The notes below the pieces were generated by a model. That model ran no database searches, was not told the origin of the DNA, and saw nothing but the letters and a program-made list of their open reading frames with translations. A stretch of DNA of 55,633 nt, filler included, from Sphacelaria rigidula (lineage: Eukaryota), in NCBI GenBank assembly GCA_964200075.2. It is 2 parts of 2 records of this genome, joined end to end, with 100 filler letters (N's around TTAATTAATTAA, not from the genome) between each part and the next. Parts side by side here need not be neighbours in the genome. Positions count along the whole stretch, not along the records: positions 1 to 27,807 come from CAXNAA020000109.1; positions 27,908 to 55,633 come from CAXNAA020000110.1. The stretch is one strand, 5' to 3'. The position numbers were made by a program, and so were the translations under genes. This document shows positions 25,130 through 37,143 of this stretch, piece by piece (within the stretch, counting starts at the first letter, position 1; each line of letters opens with the position of its first letter).

Positions 25130-27529
25130 ATGGCTCAAGCGGCGGCAGCGCCGCTGGTGTCATGTGAGCCACTACAGCCGCCAAAGTATGGTGAAGTATG
25201 GACCGAGGAGGCATCATGGTTTTTTCTCGCAGCATACCTTGAATATATACAGCGTCTGAGTCTCGCTAATGGACAAGGAATCATACGGCATGAGAGAGTT
25301 AGGATAGGACAGCTGATTCTTGTCTACATTCACCGCTGCTTCGATTACCCCCGATGAATTGCTTCGTGCTGTGAAGCGGCATGCCGGGTATACTACAATC
25401 GGTGGAAAGTATGACGCAACACGGGTTGCAGCAGACCTGCGTAGGGTAGGCACTTTCTACGATAGCCCCCCCTAAAAAGTGCATGGTTTTGGGAAGCGAA
25501 ATCTTGACGTAAATCGAAATGGGAAAAGCCGAGCACAACGAGCAGCTGGTATTCCCACGCTTGGATTCATCCTAGCCAATGTCGCCAATATGAGGCGCTT
25601 CAAGCAGCCTGAGTCCAAACATCAGGCACTGTATGGCCATTTTTTTCGGGACACGTTTTAGCTGGCTCTGATGGGGGGGCTATCGTAGAAATTGTCGGTA
25701 CTTACAATGAAGCAAAGCGATGGAAAATCCGTGAAGGATCGTGCTATGATGGTTAGTTCAGATATATATGGAGCGACTTTTTGCAGAGAACCTGATGGTG
25801 CAAGCCATGTACCGGGCGGAGGGCAGGAGTTGGTTGCCTGGCCCGGCCGAGTCGGTTTCCGTAGCTTTGGTGGACGGCATTTCGCCCCCGGAATTCAAGG
25901 TGTATGTTAAAAGTGTACTAACGTATGTTGACAGCTGGAAAAAGAACCCGACGGTGGTGTTTAAAAACATATTTGAGGCAGCCGACCAGTGGAGGTTCAT
26001 TGAAGCACATGACCGGCGCGACTCTGCAACAAGTGCAGGTGGTATGCGCCGCAAACAGCAACAGCAACAGAAACAGAAGCCGTCTACGCGAGAGTCGTCC
26101 ACTCGCGCGTATTACAACTGCGGCGACTTCGAACATATGATCAAGGACTGCCCAAAGCCTCGCGCTCAAGGCGCGGCACAGGGCAATGCACGAGATCTAT
26201 CAGGATCTCGGGACGGTCGTCACGATGGATGGGGCCGTGCCAATCGGGGACGCGGGCGCGGTGGCCGCGGTAGCAAGCAATCGGCGGCGGATGGTGGTTC
26301 CTCCGCTGCTGTTTCTTCCACTACGTCATCAGGTGGTGACTCTGGATCTTATAGTTTGTCCGTAGCGGGGCGGGCAGTGTACGTGGGAAATGCAAATACT
26401 TCGGTGGGGAGTGCTGGAGCGAATAGCCCGCAACCCCTCGGCCAGGCAGGATCCGTGTCTGGTGCATTCCCTACGGCTTCGACGACTGTGACAGCGCCGT
26501 CTGCATATTCGGCGACTTGGTCTGGTCGGACCGACGATTCTCAGCTATCGATGCCAAGTGCTGGAGGGCAGCCCTGGCGTCACGGGGCTCTTGGGACAGA
26601 ACAGGGTTCTTCGGCAGGCGTGGTACCTGTCGATCGGAGGGCTGAATGCTTACCCGCAGATTTAGCCTTGCCTGGCTTTGTAGCTTCGTTCATGGTCCGC
26701 GTTATTCTGGATTCTGGGTCCGCGCTCACGTCGATCGATGTGGGGTTGTTAGAGCAAATTCATTCGTAGTATGCGGCGCTCAGCTTCAGATTCCGTTTGA
26801 AAACGGACCGCAAACGGCACGGACCGCCACGGGTGCTCCCGTGACGGTTAGACAAAAAACGGTACCAGTTACTGTTAGCGTGCGCACGCCGTGGGGGGCT
26901 GTGCAGTTGCAGGTCATTACTTTCGCTGCAATTCCCGGTAGGGACAACGTGGTTCTATTTGGGATGGCGATAGTGAAGGAGCTTGTGATTGATTTATATC
27001 CGGTGGCATTGGAGAAGTTACGTCCGCGTGCTGTGTCGGTGCAAACCGGCGTTGTCTGCGCGATATTTTGGCTCGTCGCGTGAATACATTTCGTCGTGCG
27101 CTGCGTGGTGATCCGCCAGCGCACGTGGAGCCAATGAAGGAGGCTGTGAAGGCTAAGCCTCGCCGCTGCGATCCGGTGTAGACCGTGCGGCTTGCTTCAT
27201 CCATCGCAGTTTTGGTGGCATTCGGTTTGTTGGTTAGGAATATCCAGGCTGTGTGGGCCAGTCCGGCGATGGCGGTGCTGAAGAGGGACACAGTCCGTTT
27301 GGTCAGCGACTATCAGGCGGTGAACGCACATGTCGAACAACGTCCGGGGGTGATGCCAAGCCAAGAAGACATGCGGGAGTTGCTGGGAGCCCAACATCAA
27401 TATCGGTATGTCAGTGAACATATTCCTGGAGAGCAGTTTGTTTTGGAAGATTTCTTGTCTCGCTGGGTGAAGGTTCCCACGGTGCCTGTTCGTTCTGTTG
27501 CCGTGAACTGTTACAAACAGACGGTATAG
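25130..27529 (+). mobile_element. Degenerate, internally deleted Ty3/Gypsy LTR retrotransposon (gag, zinc knuckle, protease, RT start fused to RNase H end)
   Basis: Mutated CCHC YYNCGDFEHMIKDCPKP (26110-26151); protease VILDSGS (~26710); RT start WASPAMAVLKRDTVRLVSDYQAVN (~27254); RNase H end HIPGEQFVLEDFLSRW (~27419); multiple stops and frameshifts. Confidence 0.9.
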
Positions 27530-27807
27530 TGGTGTGTTCTCTCAGCATTAGGCATCGCAACTGGCTTACAGGAAGGCGATTTGTCTGGTGGTTTCGAACC
27601 AGCATCCAGTTGAGTCATTTCATGCGCATGCAAGTACGTGATGGCTAATATATACCATGTTGACTATGCCGGAACATGCCGCAAGTACACCATCTGTTTG
27701 TGCACAGAAAGTTCATTATTATATTATCGTGAAGACCATATAACAACAAATTATGCGAATTGAGGTTTAGCTTCGAGATAAGGTTCAAGCCTAAAACAGT
27801 GCTTTCC

Positions 27808-27907
27808 NNNNNNNNNNNNNNNNNNNNNNNNNNNNNNNNNNNNNNNNNNNNTTAATTAATTAANNNNNNNNNNNNNNNNNNNNNNNNNNNNNNNNNNNNN
27901 NNNNNNN
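27808..27907. other. Artificial contig-joining linker
   Basis: 44 N + TTAATTAATTAA (stops in all six frames) + 44 N = exactly 100 bp. Confidence 0.9.
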
Positions 27908-28379
27908 ATTCATTTGTTGGTGGCGGTGGTGGGGGTCCCATTGGCCAGGGGTGCGTGTGGGAGGGGGGGGGGGGGGGGGAGTATTCGGATATGTTGTTTG
28001 GATATACCGCAGCAATGGCGGGAGCGAGCGCGCACCATTTGCATTAGATGTACCTAACAAAATGGAACAACACCAGAAAATCAATGATGCTGAAAACGTG
28101 TCGGGGTTCTCCTGCTCTGATGTGTCGACATATGCTCAATATTCACCTGTTCATGCGCACAGGCGTTTTGTGTGTGTGAGGGGGGCGGGGGGGGGGGGGG
28201 GAGGGTATTCTGTAACCTTGGATTCGAATGACTCGAAATTTTACAACATGGCGCCTCTGTTGCATCGGTATTGTCCACAACATTCCTCCAACGGGCATTT
28301 CAACACAATATGACCACCCAGACGACGCAATCCCCACCGGCAATACTTTTTTCTCTTTTTCTTTCTCCGTCACATTTTG

Positions 28380-28690
28380 AACCCTCCACTTCCTCGGGAA
28401 GATTCTGTCATCTCACGGGATCAATTAACTCATCTCTGCCCCGGCGCAAGCGTTGCATTGATCATCTCACGGATTGTATCATGACCATCAGCACTCTCTC
28501 ACCGCGGCGACTCTCGACAAAACAACTATTCCTGCTATTGACATTCACTCTCAAACAACGACGGGAGATCAAATGCCGTACAGAACAAAAACCACAACTG
28601 AATGAATCTGGCGGGAATTGAACCCACGTTGTCTCCAACCCTGGCGTCAGTTGTAGCATTAGACCAAACGTGCTCAGGATAGAGTATCAC
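28380..28690 (-). mobile_element. tRNA-derived SINE-like repeat
   Basis: Minus-strand B-box-like GGGTTCAATTCCC; 3' block GGGG.AGAGATG.G...TGATCCC...CCGAGG shared with 29150-29440 and 40300-40510. Confidence 0.5.
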
Positions 28691-29149
28691 ACTCCGGGTG
28701 CTCCGTACTTTCAGAGTGTCGACTGCGAAAATGCGGGGCATTCAAGAGTTACCGAAATATTGACTGACGAAAATACTGGCTAGATCAGAGTAACCAGAAT
28801 GTCGACGGCCAACAAGACTGGGTATTCCAGACTCGGTGCAGTATCGCTCGCCGAAAAACTAGCTACTGTCGAGTACATGAGGTATCGAAACCCCGCACGC
28901 GCCACCAAAAATGGATACTGTATCAACCTCATCATTGCCACAACCATCCGTCATCACCAGAACATCCAAGGGTGCTTACGATAGGGTACTTACTGTAATC
29001 CGAGGTACCGTGGGCTTTCAGGGTATTCCAAGTATCCAATGAATGCTCCGGGGGATGCCGCAGGATATAGACTGCCGAACCTAAAGAGTATCACCAAGTA
29101 CCGTTTTCTTCTTTACCGCAATTTGAACGCCCCCCCCCCCCCCGCCCCT

Positions 29150-29440
29150 CCTCGGAAAGAGTCCGTGGTCTCAAGGGATCAGCCCATCTCTCCCCGGTAC
29201 ACGCCGTACATTTTGGTCTCGCCGATTGAGTCAGCACTCCCGCACCGCGTCAATTCTCGTCTAACAAACTCAGTCAACTACTTCTTGTCACGTGCTCACA
29301 CTTAGGGGTGGAAATCAGATCAAAGTAAAGACCTCACGCATCGGGAGTCTAACCCTCGTTCTCTCCACCCTAATGGTGACGGTCGGAACATCAGATCATA
29401 TCGACCGGACCCTCTTAGATCATAGGTCACCGGGGCGCGG
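29150..29440 (-). mobile_element. tRNA-derived SINE-like repeat
   Basis: Minus-strand GGGTTAGACTCCC B-box-like motif; ACCAAAATGTA.GGCGTGTAC..GGGGAGAGATG.GCTGATCCC matches 40430-40480 on +. Confidence 0.55.
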
Positions 29441-29568
29441 CGGCCATATGACTATTGACTAGATGAAATACTCAGCATACCAGAGTACCCACCGGTAATC
29501 TATACCCGGCCATACATTGAGTATCTTTGAAGGCAAAACCCTAGAACAAATGAAACATAAATACGAAC

Positions 29569-29986
29569 CTTCCACGAGAATCTTCCCAGCCCCGGCTCCA
29601 CCGCCACCCTGGCCCTCGTCTTCGTCATCCCTCCGTATCCCAGTCCACGCTTCCGAGACAGCGTTATTTGTTTTGCGAGCCGGAACCGGCGGAGACATGG
29701 ACCTCGACCTCGCCTCCGATTCAGCGGACGCCATGTCATCCTCGTACGTGCCTCGCGAGAAGCATGCCATGTCGTTCGAGTCGCTACTCGCCTGCGTAGA
29801 CAAGCGATTACTGCTGGAGGTGTCCCGTGTTTCTGTTTCTGTTGTTGCTGCTGCTGATTGCTGCTCTGCTTCTTTCTGGGCGCCGTCGTCGTCGTTGTTG
29901 TTATTGTTGTTAAAAGCTGACTCTGCTTCTGGTGGAGGCGTTGTTCGTCGCATGCTGAACAAAAAGCTTTCTCCGGTTCCGTAGTA
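29569..29986 (-). CDS. Exon 6 of LysM-TLDc (OXR1/NCOA7-like) protein
   Basis: Acceptor TCCTAG|; begins with the TLDc motif YYGTGESFLF, then ~129 aa of low complexity; donor G|GTTCGT. Confidence 0.85.
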
Positions 29987-31334
29987 CTAGGATAATATAA
30001 GATTAAAAAAAACGAAGGAGGAGAAAGAGGAGAACCGATGCCCCCCCGCCCCCCCCCCAAGACGACGACGGGAAACAAGAGATGCAGCAAGCAACGTGAA
30101 AAAAAAAAAAGAGATGAGAAAAATGTGAATCACCCAGGTAGAAATAGACTGTGAGAACAAATCCAACTCAGTCAAGTATTTGATTTCTTCATGTTTTCAT
30201 AGTGTACATTTCACCGTAACACGGTAGATCATTCGGAAGCACGAGTCTTGTACTAAATACACTATGAGCTAGATATGTTCCAATAAAAAATGGTCTTTAA
30301 ATTCATGACCATAATCGCGTAAAACCCTCTGAAATAGACGAGAGACGCGGAGCGCGACTTCTCTCTTTCACCACAATGCAGCACTTGATTATCACAATCC
30401 ACATTCACACGCCCGTATCTGTCTATGTAGGACCCTGGTGCTGAAGCCACGTTCGACAGGTCGCCCGCTTGTGGTTGACCCCGTCGTGCATTCATCCTTA
30501 CGAGAACAACACGTGGTGCACGTACTCCATGGACTGTTGAATGTGTAAAACCATACGGGTGGCCGGTAATCAACCATTAAACCCTCTCTAAATGCAAAAG
30601 CTTTTGGGATCAAAGATGTACTCCTTTACAAATAAAGACTCTTCCTCACAAGACAAGGAGCAGATACGAGAGTTGGGATATCAACCATCGTTGATACGAT
30701 CTCGTAAGGGATGGGGTCGATGAAGTCACAGAGAAATTGTTTCCGCGACAAGTGGACTCCGTCCCCCCCCCACCCTTCGCGCTTGGTGATAGATTACGAG
30801 CCCGGATCGACGAAAACTCGGCGTGCTCCGTCCCGGCTTTGTAGGGATGCGAGGTCAATCGTCATTTGACTACGGCATACAAGATCATGAGTACACTCCG
30901 AACCTCCAACCCCCTAATACCGACAAGCACAGTATAGGACGCAGGTACATCGGATCATACCCCTCTTGTTCTCCTGCTGAGGACGCAACCCTGCGTATTT
31001 TTCCAGCAGCTGCAGCGGTCTTACTTAACATGACCGTGATCAAGTGTGGAAGAGACCCTGAACAACTGAAACTTTCTACTTCCACCTCAGGACGGTGGGT
31101 TCACGGGTAATCGCTTCCTACTTGGTGGGCTGCCACGAGACGTGTAATGCGTATCGTGCGTGGGAATTGAACAGGCCCTATGGGATTGTAAGACTGTGTG
31201 TGTATTGCCGTCCCATCTGTTCTGGACGCCGGTCTACACCTTTCGGTATATGTGGGCGCACTAGCCGGGGTCACACAGAAGGAAGGTTAACACAGCAGTT
31301 TCTTGTTCTTTATTTGTTTTTAGTGCCCCAGCTT

Positions 31335-31553
31335 CCTTCTGCGGTGCTTGCCTCCATTTTTTATCGCGAGAGGGGTTTAGTATTCTCTTTCCCTCGCCGA
31401 CCGTCAAGTCGACTTTCATGTACCCCCGACATAGTCACTCTCCTCAGTTGAGCATGGTGTGAGAAAATATCCCACATCGCTCGGAGAGTCGGACCCACGA
31501 CTCACCCGTCAAAGGGTTTCGAGGTTACCACCTGAGCCACCGGGTGACCGGAA
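31335..31553 (-). mobile_element. tRNA-derived SINE-like element
   Basis: Minus-strand A-box TGGCTCAGGTGG and B-box-like GGGTCCGACTC at tRNA-like spacing; no complete cloverleaf. Confidence 0.55.
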
Positions 31554-31946
31554 CTTTTTCGCGCCATGAAATTAGATTACTGACGGGGGGCAGAAGGCCC
31601 GTGTTCATGAAGAAGAAATATGACGTATCAGCCCGACAGGAACGGAAAACGATTTCAAGACGTACGGTCTTGAACTCATAAGACGGTGCATCGAACTTAG
31701 GAAAGTGGTTACCACACTCTCACGTACACTGAAACATAAACCATTTATTTTCGCATTTTCCCTCATGTACCTTGCTCGTGAGAAAACCAAGCACTCGATT
31801 TTCAAACAAATACAAATGTACTCGACTGAAGCACGACACTTTTCTCCACCTGCCCTGATCGTAAGAATGCCAAGCACTGAAATTTTATATACACAGTTCT
31901 ACAGTCATATATTGTACTGGAACATGGCCTTTTCTCGACATCATAC

Positions 31947-32076
31947 CTTGCTTGTAGAAGACCAAGCACTCGCGGCAAAACCTCCGAACACCTCCCCTTC
32001 CATGTTCTCAATCATCACGTACGTGGGCACCTCGCCCTTGATCCTATTGTAGAACTGAAGCCAGTTGGCTCCATCC
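31947..32076 (-). CDS. Exon 5 of LysM-TLDc protein (TLDc core)
   Basis: Acceptor GATAG|, phase 2 to 0; (R)DGANWLQFYNRIKGEVPTYVMIENMEGEVFGGFAASAWSSTSK; donor AAG|GTATGA. Confidence 0.9.
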
Positions 32077-32279
32077 CTATCCGCGGCCAAGAACAGGGTT
32101 CACGTACGTCCGGTGGGGTGATCGCGGGATGGAACGGGGGAGGGCATGAGTGCTACGCAGTATTTGTCGTCGTCCGTGACCATGTCAGTCGAGGCCCCTG
32201 TTACGAGCACAGACCCACCCCGACGTCCTGCGGAATACAGCCAAGGCTCTTTCGCTCTTGTACTACTCGTGGGAAACTT

Positions 32280-32720
32280 CAGCACAGAAGTCGTAAATGA
32301 GCATACCCTGGACAAAAAATTCCACAGTTAAAAAGTGTACTGCGTAGAGTATCGACTATTGCGCCTTTTGCAACAGACAAATATTCCATACAGTACGCAA
32401 TATATTCTTTACAATAGAATCTAGGGTCCAGGATGTGTGAATGATATGAAAGGCCTGGAGCAAATACTACGGTAGCCCGCCAAACACGATGCTTCGAAAA
32501 TATACCGTTTCGAAAAAAATCACGTGAAATACGTCGTCTATGCCCCGGGAACCACCGTGAGTCTCAAGGAAGGCATGTTTTGTTGTCCGTCCCATCATTC
32601 CTACACTCTCAAGATCCTGCTCGATTGGAGTACAGCACCGAGTTCGCAAGTACGGGTCGTTATGAAAGAATAAAACTGCATCAGCATTTTCTTCGTTGTT
32701 TTCCATTTTTCTTCTGTAAA
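32280..32720 (-). pseudogene. Decayed ORF fragment homologous to 15200-15700 (intronic, probable transposon)
   Basis: HTSWTLDSIVKEYIAYCMEYLSVAKGAIVDTLRSTLF; interrupted by stops. Confidence 0.55.
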
Positions 32721-34420
32721 TTATATTCGGGATTTCGATGGATACACGTGCGATACTCGAGCTCTATCTGCTGCACAGAGCTCAACAAGATTGCACTGGG
32801 AATTTTTTGTCCGGGCCTGGTCTGGGCTTCATTTCACTTCGTGACCTTGCTACAGCCCAGGACAGTAGCACGCGAAGCGTTGACAAAGATGTGCAGTCAG
32901 CATTGGTGATGTTTTTGATAAAAACCAAGTCACGCAGCAAGCGAAGCGTACTCTATACCTTCGAAACGGGGCGGTGATTTGGCACACAGGATCGCATACG
33001 CAAGAGAGATACATTTTTGTATCAAAATAGCTATCGGATGTCCCGTGTGTAGAGTGCTTGGCTGTCTCCAGTGTTGTACCTCAACAACTTTCTGCCGCAA
33101 TACCGACGGTATCTGCATTGCAAGAAGATTCGCCAGCGCTGGCCAGCCAGTCGGCTTCGTGCTCTTCATTTACGTACAGCACCGATCAACGTGAGCCATG
33201 CAGAACAACAGCACGACACCCTACAAAAAGGGGGCCAGCAGCATTGATGTGTTGATGCGAGTACAATTCTTTTCTCGGCTCATGTTCCGTCCGAGCAGCA
33301 TGAAACGAAACACAACGACGAAGATGGAGCTGTCTTCGATCCCGCTCCATATCCAAGGCCGTGCGGGATACAGCAGCAAGCTAAGCGCAAATGGAGACTG
33401 CGACTCCAAAGCCGGCCACCGCAACCATACCGCGGGCACGGCGACACCAACAGCAAACGTTGGGTACACTAACGCGTATACTAGTAGACAGATCACTCAT
33501 TGTGAGACCGGCGTTTGCTTGGATATCATCCCACTGCCGCACGGTACTGTACTGCGGCTGCGGGCACCGTAAGACCGGGAAAATCGTGTGTGACGAAGTG
33601 GGACTGGTCAGAAACTCGAATTAAATTAATTGAAATCGGTCTTTGTACGATGGAAATAAACCCGTACTTATCAACCCGCCGCCCGGGATACAGGGTCGGC
33701 TCGTTTGTGCACAGGTGAACGGACGCCTTGCGCGTTGTGCTTTACACTATTCAACCCACACCATCCTCGCTAAATTTTTCGGCACATATGGGAAATTTCG
33801 CAGTATGACAACAGTTCCCGATCACGAAATGCAAGGAACAGGTAGGTTCCTTGAGACCACGTCGTCCCGGAGGGGAGCGTGGAGGGGGGGGGCGAGGGGG
33901 GAGGATATTTTGAACCACTTCTTGTCCGAAGCACGGTGTCACTTTCAATGTGTTCCTCCAAAGCAGCAGATTTCATCCGAACGCTGTGGATGCCGATGGG
34001 GCAACACATGCTCACACATGCCCATCAACGTTTTCAAACACACAATACAAGCGCACAACAATTACAAGCACATGAGGTCGTGTAGCACATCTGTGAAGCT
34101 TCTTGTTGACCACGACAACACCCCCCCTCTCCCCCCTCCCCCATCGTTGGACCACTCATGAATGATAACGACCACGTCCCGAGAAAGGACAGGAGAAGAG
34201 AAACGGGGCGGTGGGAGATATACGACAAAAAAAAAAAACAGAACATGGGCGCGTTTGTGTAAAAAGAAGAAAGGAAGGGGGAGAAGGGTACTGCAACGTC
34301 GCGTGTGAAAAACTTACAAGGATGCTTTCTACCTTTTCTTCGTCAAATGTATTACCTCTATCCCTTTCTTGAGACGAATCTGTACTCCCAAAGCATCAAC
34401 TCATCTCTCCCGCTTCTCAC

Positions 34421-34553
34421 CGGAAGGAGCTGTACAACAAGTACCACTTGTAGCCTCGGAAATGCTTGGGCAGGGCCAGTTCCATGCGCGCCAGGGTGGC
34501 GTGCGTGACGATCGTGCTCGCTCCAGCCACTAACCCCGGCAAAACAAGCTCCG
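34421..34553 (-). CDS. Exon 4 of LysM-TLDc protein (TLDc N-terminus)
   Basis: ELVLPGLVAGASTIVTHATLARMELALPKHFRGYKWYLLYSSFR matches the TLDc start (S.I.....L...LP.....W.LLYS..R); donor CG|GTGAGA; acceptor ambiguous (34553 vs 34558). Confidence 0.85.
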
Positions 34554-35339
34554 CTTTACTGGGGGTTACAGGAGGCACAGAATTTAATTCCGAAATATCG
34601 CCGTGCCCGTAACCGTATGGCGCTAGAGAAGGAATGGAAAGAGACGAACACCATCAACGAGTGAGAACATTAGTTGTGCTGTTACGGAAAAAAGGTGAAA
34701 CGTTTTGTGTGTGTCTTGGGAGGGACGTCGACCTTTGATCTCAAAATTTCGAAGTTTCACGTTTCGCTGTTCAACTTTTAATTCGGTTTTCAATACTGAT
34801 ACTACTGCAGTGGCAACAAGGAACTTGATCGTTTGCGCAGAGGGAATCTTCTCACCATATAATCAACGGCGTTGAGTGCAGGTTGCAAGAGTGACGGACA
34901 CTTTGAGAACAGTCAAATGCCTCTAGTGTATGATCGGGGAATAATTCACCGCAGTTAAGGCCCGTAGTAATTCCGTCGAGTGTTGCGGGCGGCGGGGGTG
35001 GCCCGGAGGGCAGGATTAACTCCCGTACCTTCGATACGAGAACCATGAATATCTGCTGCCAACACCGAAGCCTCTCTGCCCATCCCCACACCCGCTCTCC
35101 GTCAAGGACAACGAAGAACGACGAGATCCGAGGGGATCCTGTCATTTCGTAAAAGGTACGCGAACCTCCCTTCTTCAGAAAAACTTGTTCTTCCCAGCCA
35201 GTCACCCAAGATTCGACTGTTTCATGAATCTCTTCAGCATGCCATCGATTCTCCTTCAAGCTCCCCCCCCCCCATGGTCGATGGTCAAACGACCAAGGCA
35301 AGCAACAAATAAGTACGCCCTCTCCCCAAAGGAACTCAC

Positions 35340-36125
35340 CTTCTGCGTGTCGTGACATAACCTGCGCAACAACCGAGCTCGCTTGGCGAGAATCGCGCCC
35401 ATCTTCCTCCATGAAGCTCCGCGATCGTCTCCGGTCGTTGGCCGCCTCGGATTCCCCATCCTCGGGTCCCTCCGCGCCGACCGGGTGATCACCATGCAGG
35501 TCGTCTTCCACTGGCATGGCGGCAACAGGAGCGTTGACGGCGGCAGCTGCGCCGCCGCCACCGAGCCCCCAGTAGCTCGGCTTCACGTACTGCAGCATGA
35601 GCTGCGCCGTAGAGGCCGCCCGCGTGCGGTCGAGTTCTTCATCTTCATCGAAATCGGAACAGTTGTCTTGTTGATTTTGATTGGAGGAGGAGGAGGAGGA
35701 CGCTTTGTTGGGTGTTCCGTTATTGGTCTCAACGCCGCCTGCGGCCGCAGGAGGTGGGACGGGAGAGTGTTCTGTGGACAGTGGGGAGAACGATACTTCT
35801 CGCGACTTACGGCCGTTGTCAGTAGTGGGGGAGCTACCGTTGCTACCTTTGGTCGCGACTGCCGTTGAGGTGTTACCCGCGCCGAAAATTCTACCCGTTA
35901 ACTTGGCGACTGTCGACGATGACGACGACGAGTGGTGATCCGCCTTTGCCCCGTCGGTATTGGCGATACCTCCGCGAGCTCCGATCGGCGCAGCGACGGA
36001 GGAGCCAGATGTGTTGAACATGGATCGCACCATGCCCCTGAACGAGCCTGACGAGGAGCCCGTTGCGGACGTGGTGGACACGTTCGACAACCGCGGAGCT
36101 GCGGCGTGCGCGCCTTCCGTCTCCC
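35340..36125 (-). CDS. Exon 3 of LysM-TLDc protein (Ser/Gly/Ala-rich linker)
   Basis: Pyrimidine tract + ACAG| acceptor, phase 1/1, open in the 34852..36090 frame; donor G|GTGAGT. Confidence 0.8.
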
Positions 36126-36647
36126 CTGTACGTTCGCAGCGTCATGACAAGAAAAAGGCAAAAAAAACTCGAGCAGATGTTTCACTCGCTGAGTGCGGTG
36201 GGAGTGTGGGCTTCGTGGTAGGTACGAGAGAGTTTTTTTTAATATGTTTTTGAATTATTTCGTTTCCAAAAAAGTAAAAATAAAGTTGGATTTGATTCGA
36301 AGGCAGTAGATCAGAGCAGACGGGGGACGGGGGAACTGGCGGGGTGAGTCTACAGTTTATGACTTATGTAACAATCGTCTTGTTGATGAGAATGAACAAA
36401 AAACCTTCCCGTGGTCGCTGATGCAACATTCGAAACACAAAACAAAAACGCCTACACACGCACACTTGTGTGTGTAACAGCTTAGGATGCCCCGCATCAG
36501 AGAAAATACACACTCCTTCTCCCTTTCGTTCATGCTGTGAACACGCCTCACAGTACCATCTATGATTGCAGCTCCGGGGGAAATTTTTAGTATCATGGCC
36601 CATCCTGCCAAAAAAAAAAAAATGAGTCAAGTACGAGTACATATTTT

Positions 36648-37143
36648 CGAGGTTGTGTTCTGTAAGGTACGGGTACGCTTTGTAGGGTATACGATTCCTT
36701 ACAGAACTCACAGAACTGCCGGGTACCGGTATAAAAGTCTTGCAGAGTTTACAGAATTGTTGGATATCGGTATGAAAGTCCTACATAAATTACAGAACTT
36801 GTTGGGTACGGTACGGGAGGCTTGCAGAAAACCGGTACCGGCAGTCGGGTAACTCTTTGAGGGCATAGCCGCCCCTCGGTTCAGGGTAAAGTTCTTGTAC
36901 AGAACTCACAGAGCTGTCGGGTGGGGTATCGAGGTTGCACAGAAAACCGTACCCGCAACCGGGTATCTTATCACGAGCACACCGGTGCCCCCCGGTGTTG
37001 GTACGGGAGGCTTACAGAAATCACGTAACAAACGGGTACGGGTATGTAGGCCTTCCAGCGATTGCAGAACTGTTGGGTACGGGAAATACTCGGCAAAACA
37101 CCCCGGGTATACAGAAAACCGTTCCGTACATAACACAACCTTG
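36648..37143. mobile_element. hAT-like MITE (496 bp) with internal GGGTACG/CAGAACT subrepeats
   Basis: TIR CGAGGTTGTGTTCTGTA / TACATAACACAACCTTG; perfect 8-bp TSD CATATTTT (36640-36647, 37144-37151). Confidence 0.9.

Noticed and set aside
27908..27956. FVGGGGGG as the missing TLDc C-terminal motif
   Set aside because: Wrong strand relative to the gene, and lacks the following GL.LD motif
32077..32315. In-frame TGA at an apparent Trp position before the TLDc core (possible readthrough or selenocysteine)
   Set aside because: The stretch is intronic: the real W.LLYSSFR is encoded by exon 34421-34553 and splices in phase to the acceptor at 32076
34852..35339. C-terminal part of the 412-aa ORF
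   Set aside because: Lies past a strong GTGAGT donor; the exon-like piece within it ends in phase 0 and does not fix the exon 3/4 junction
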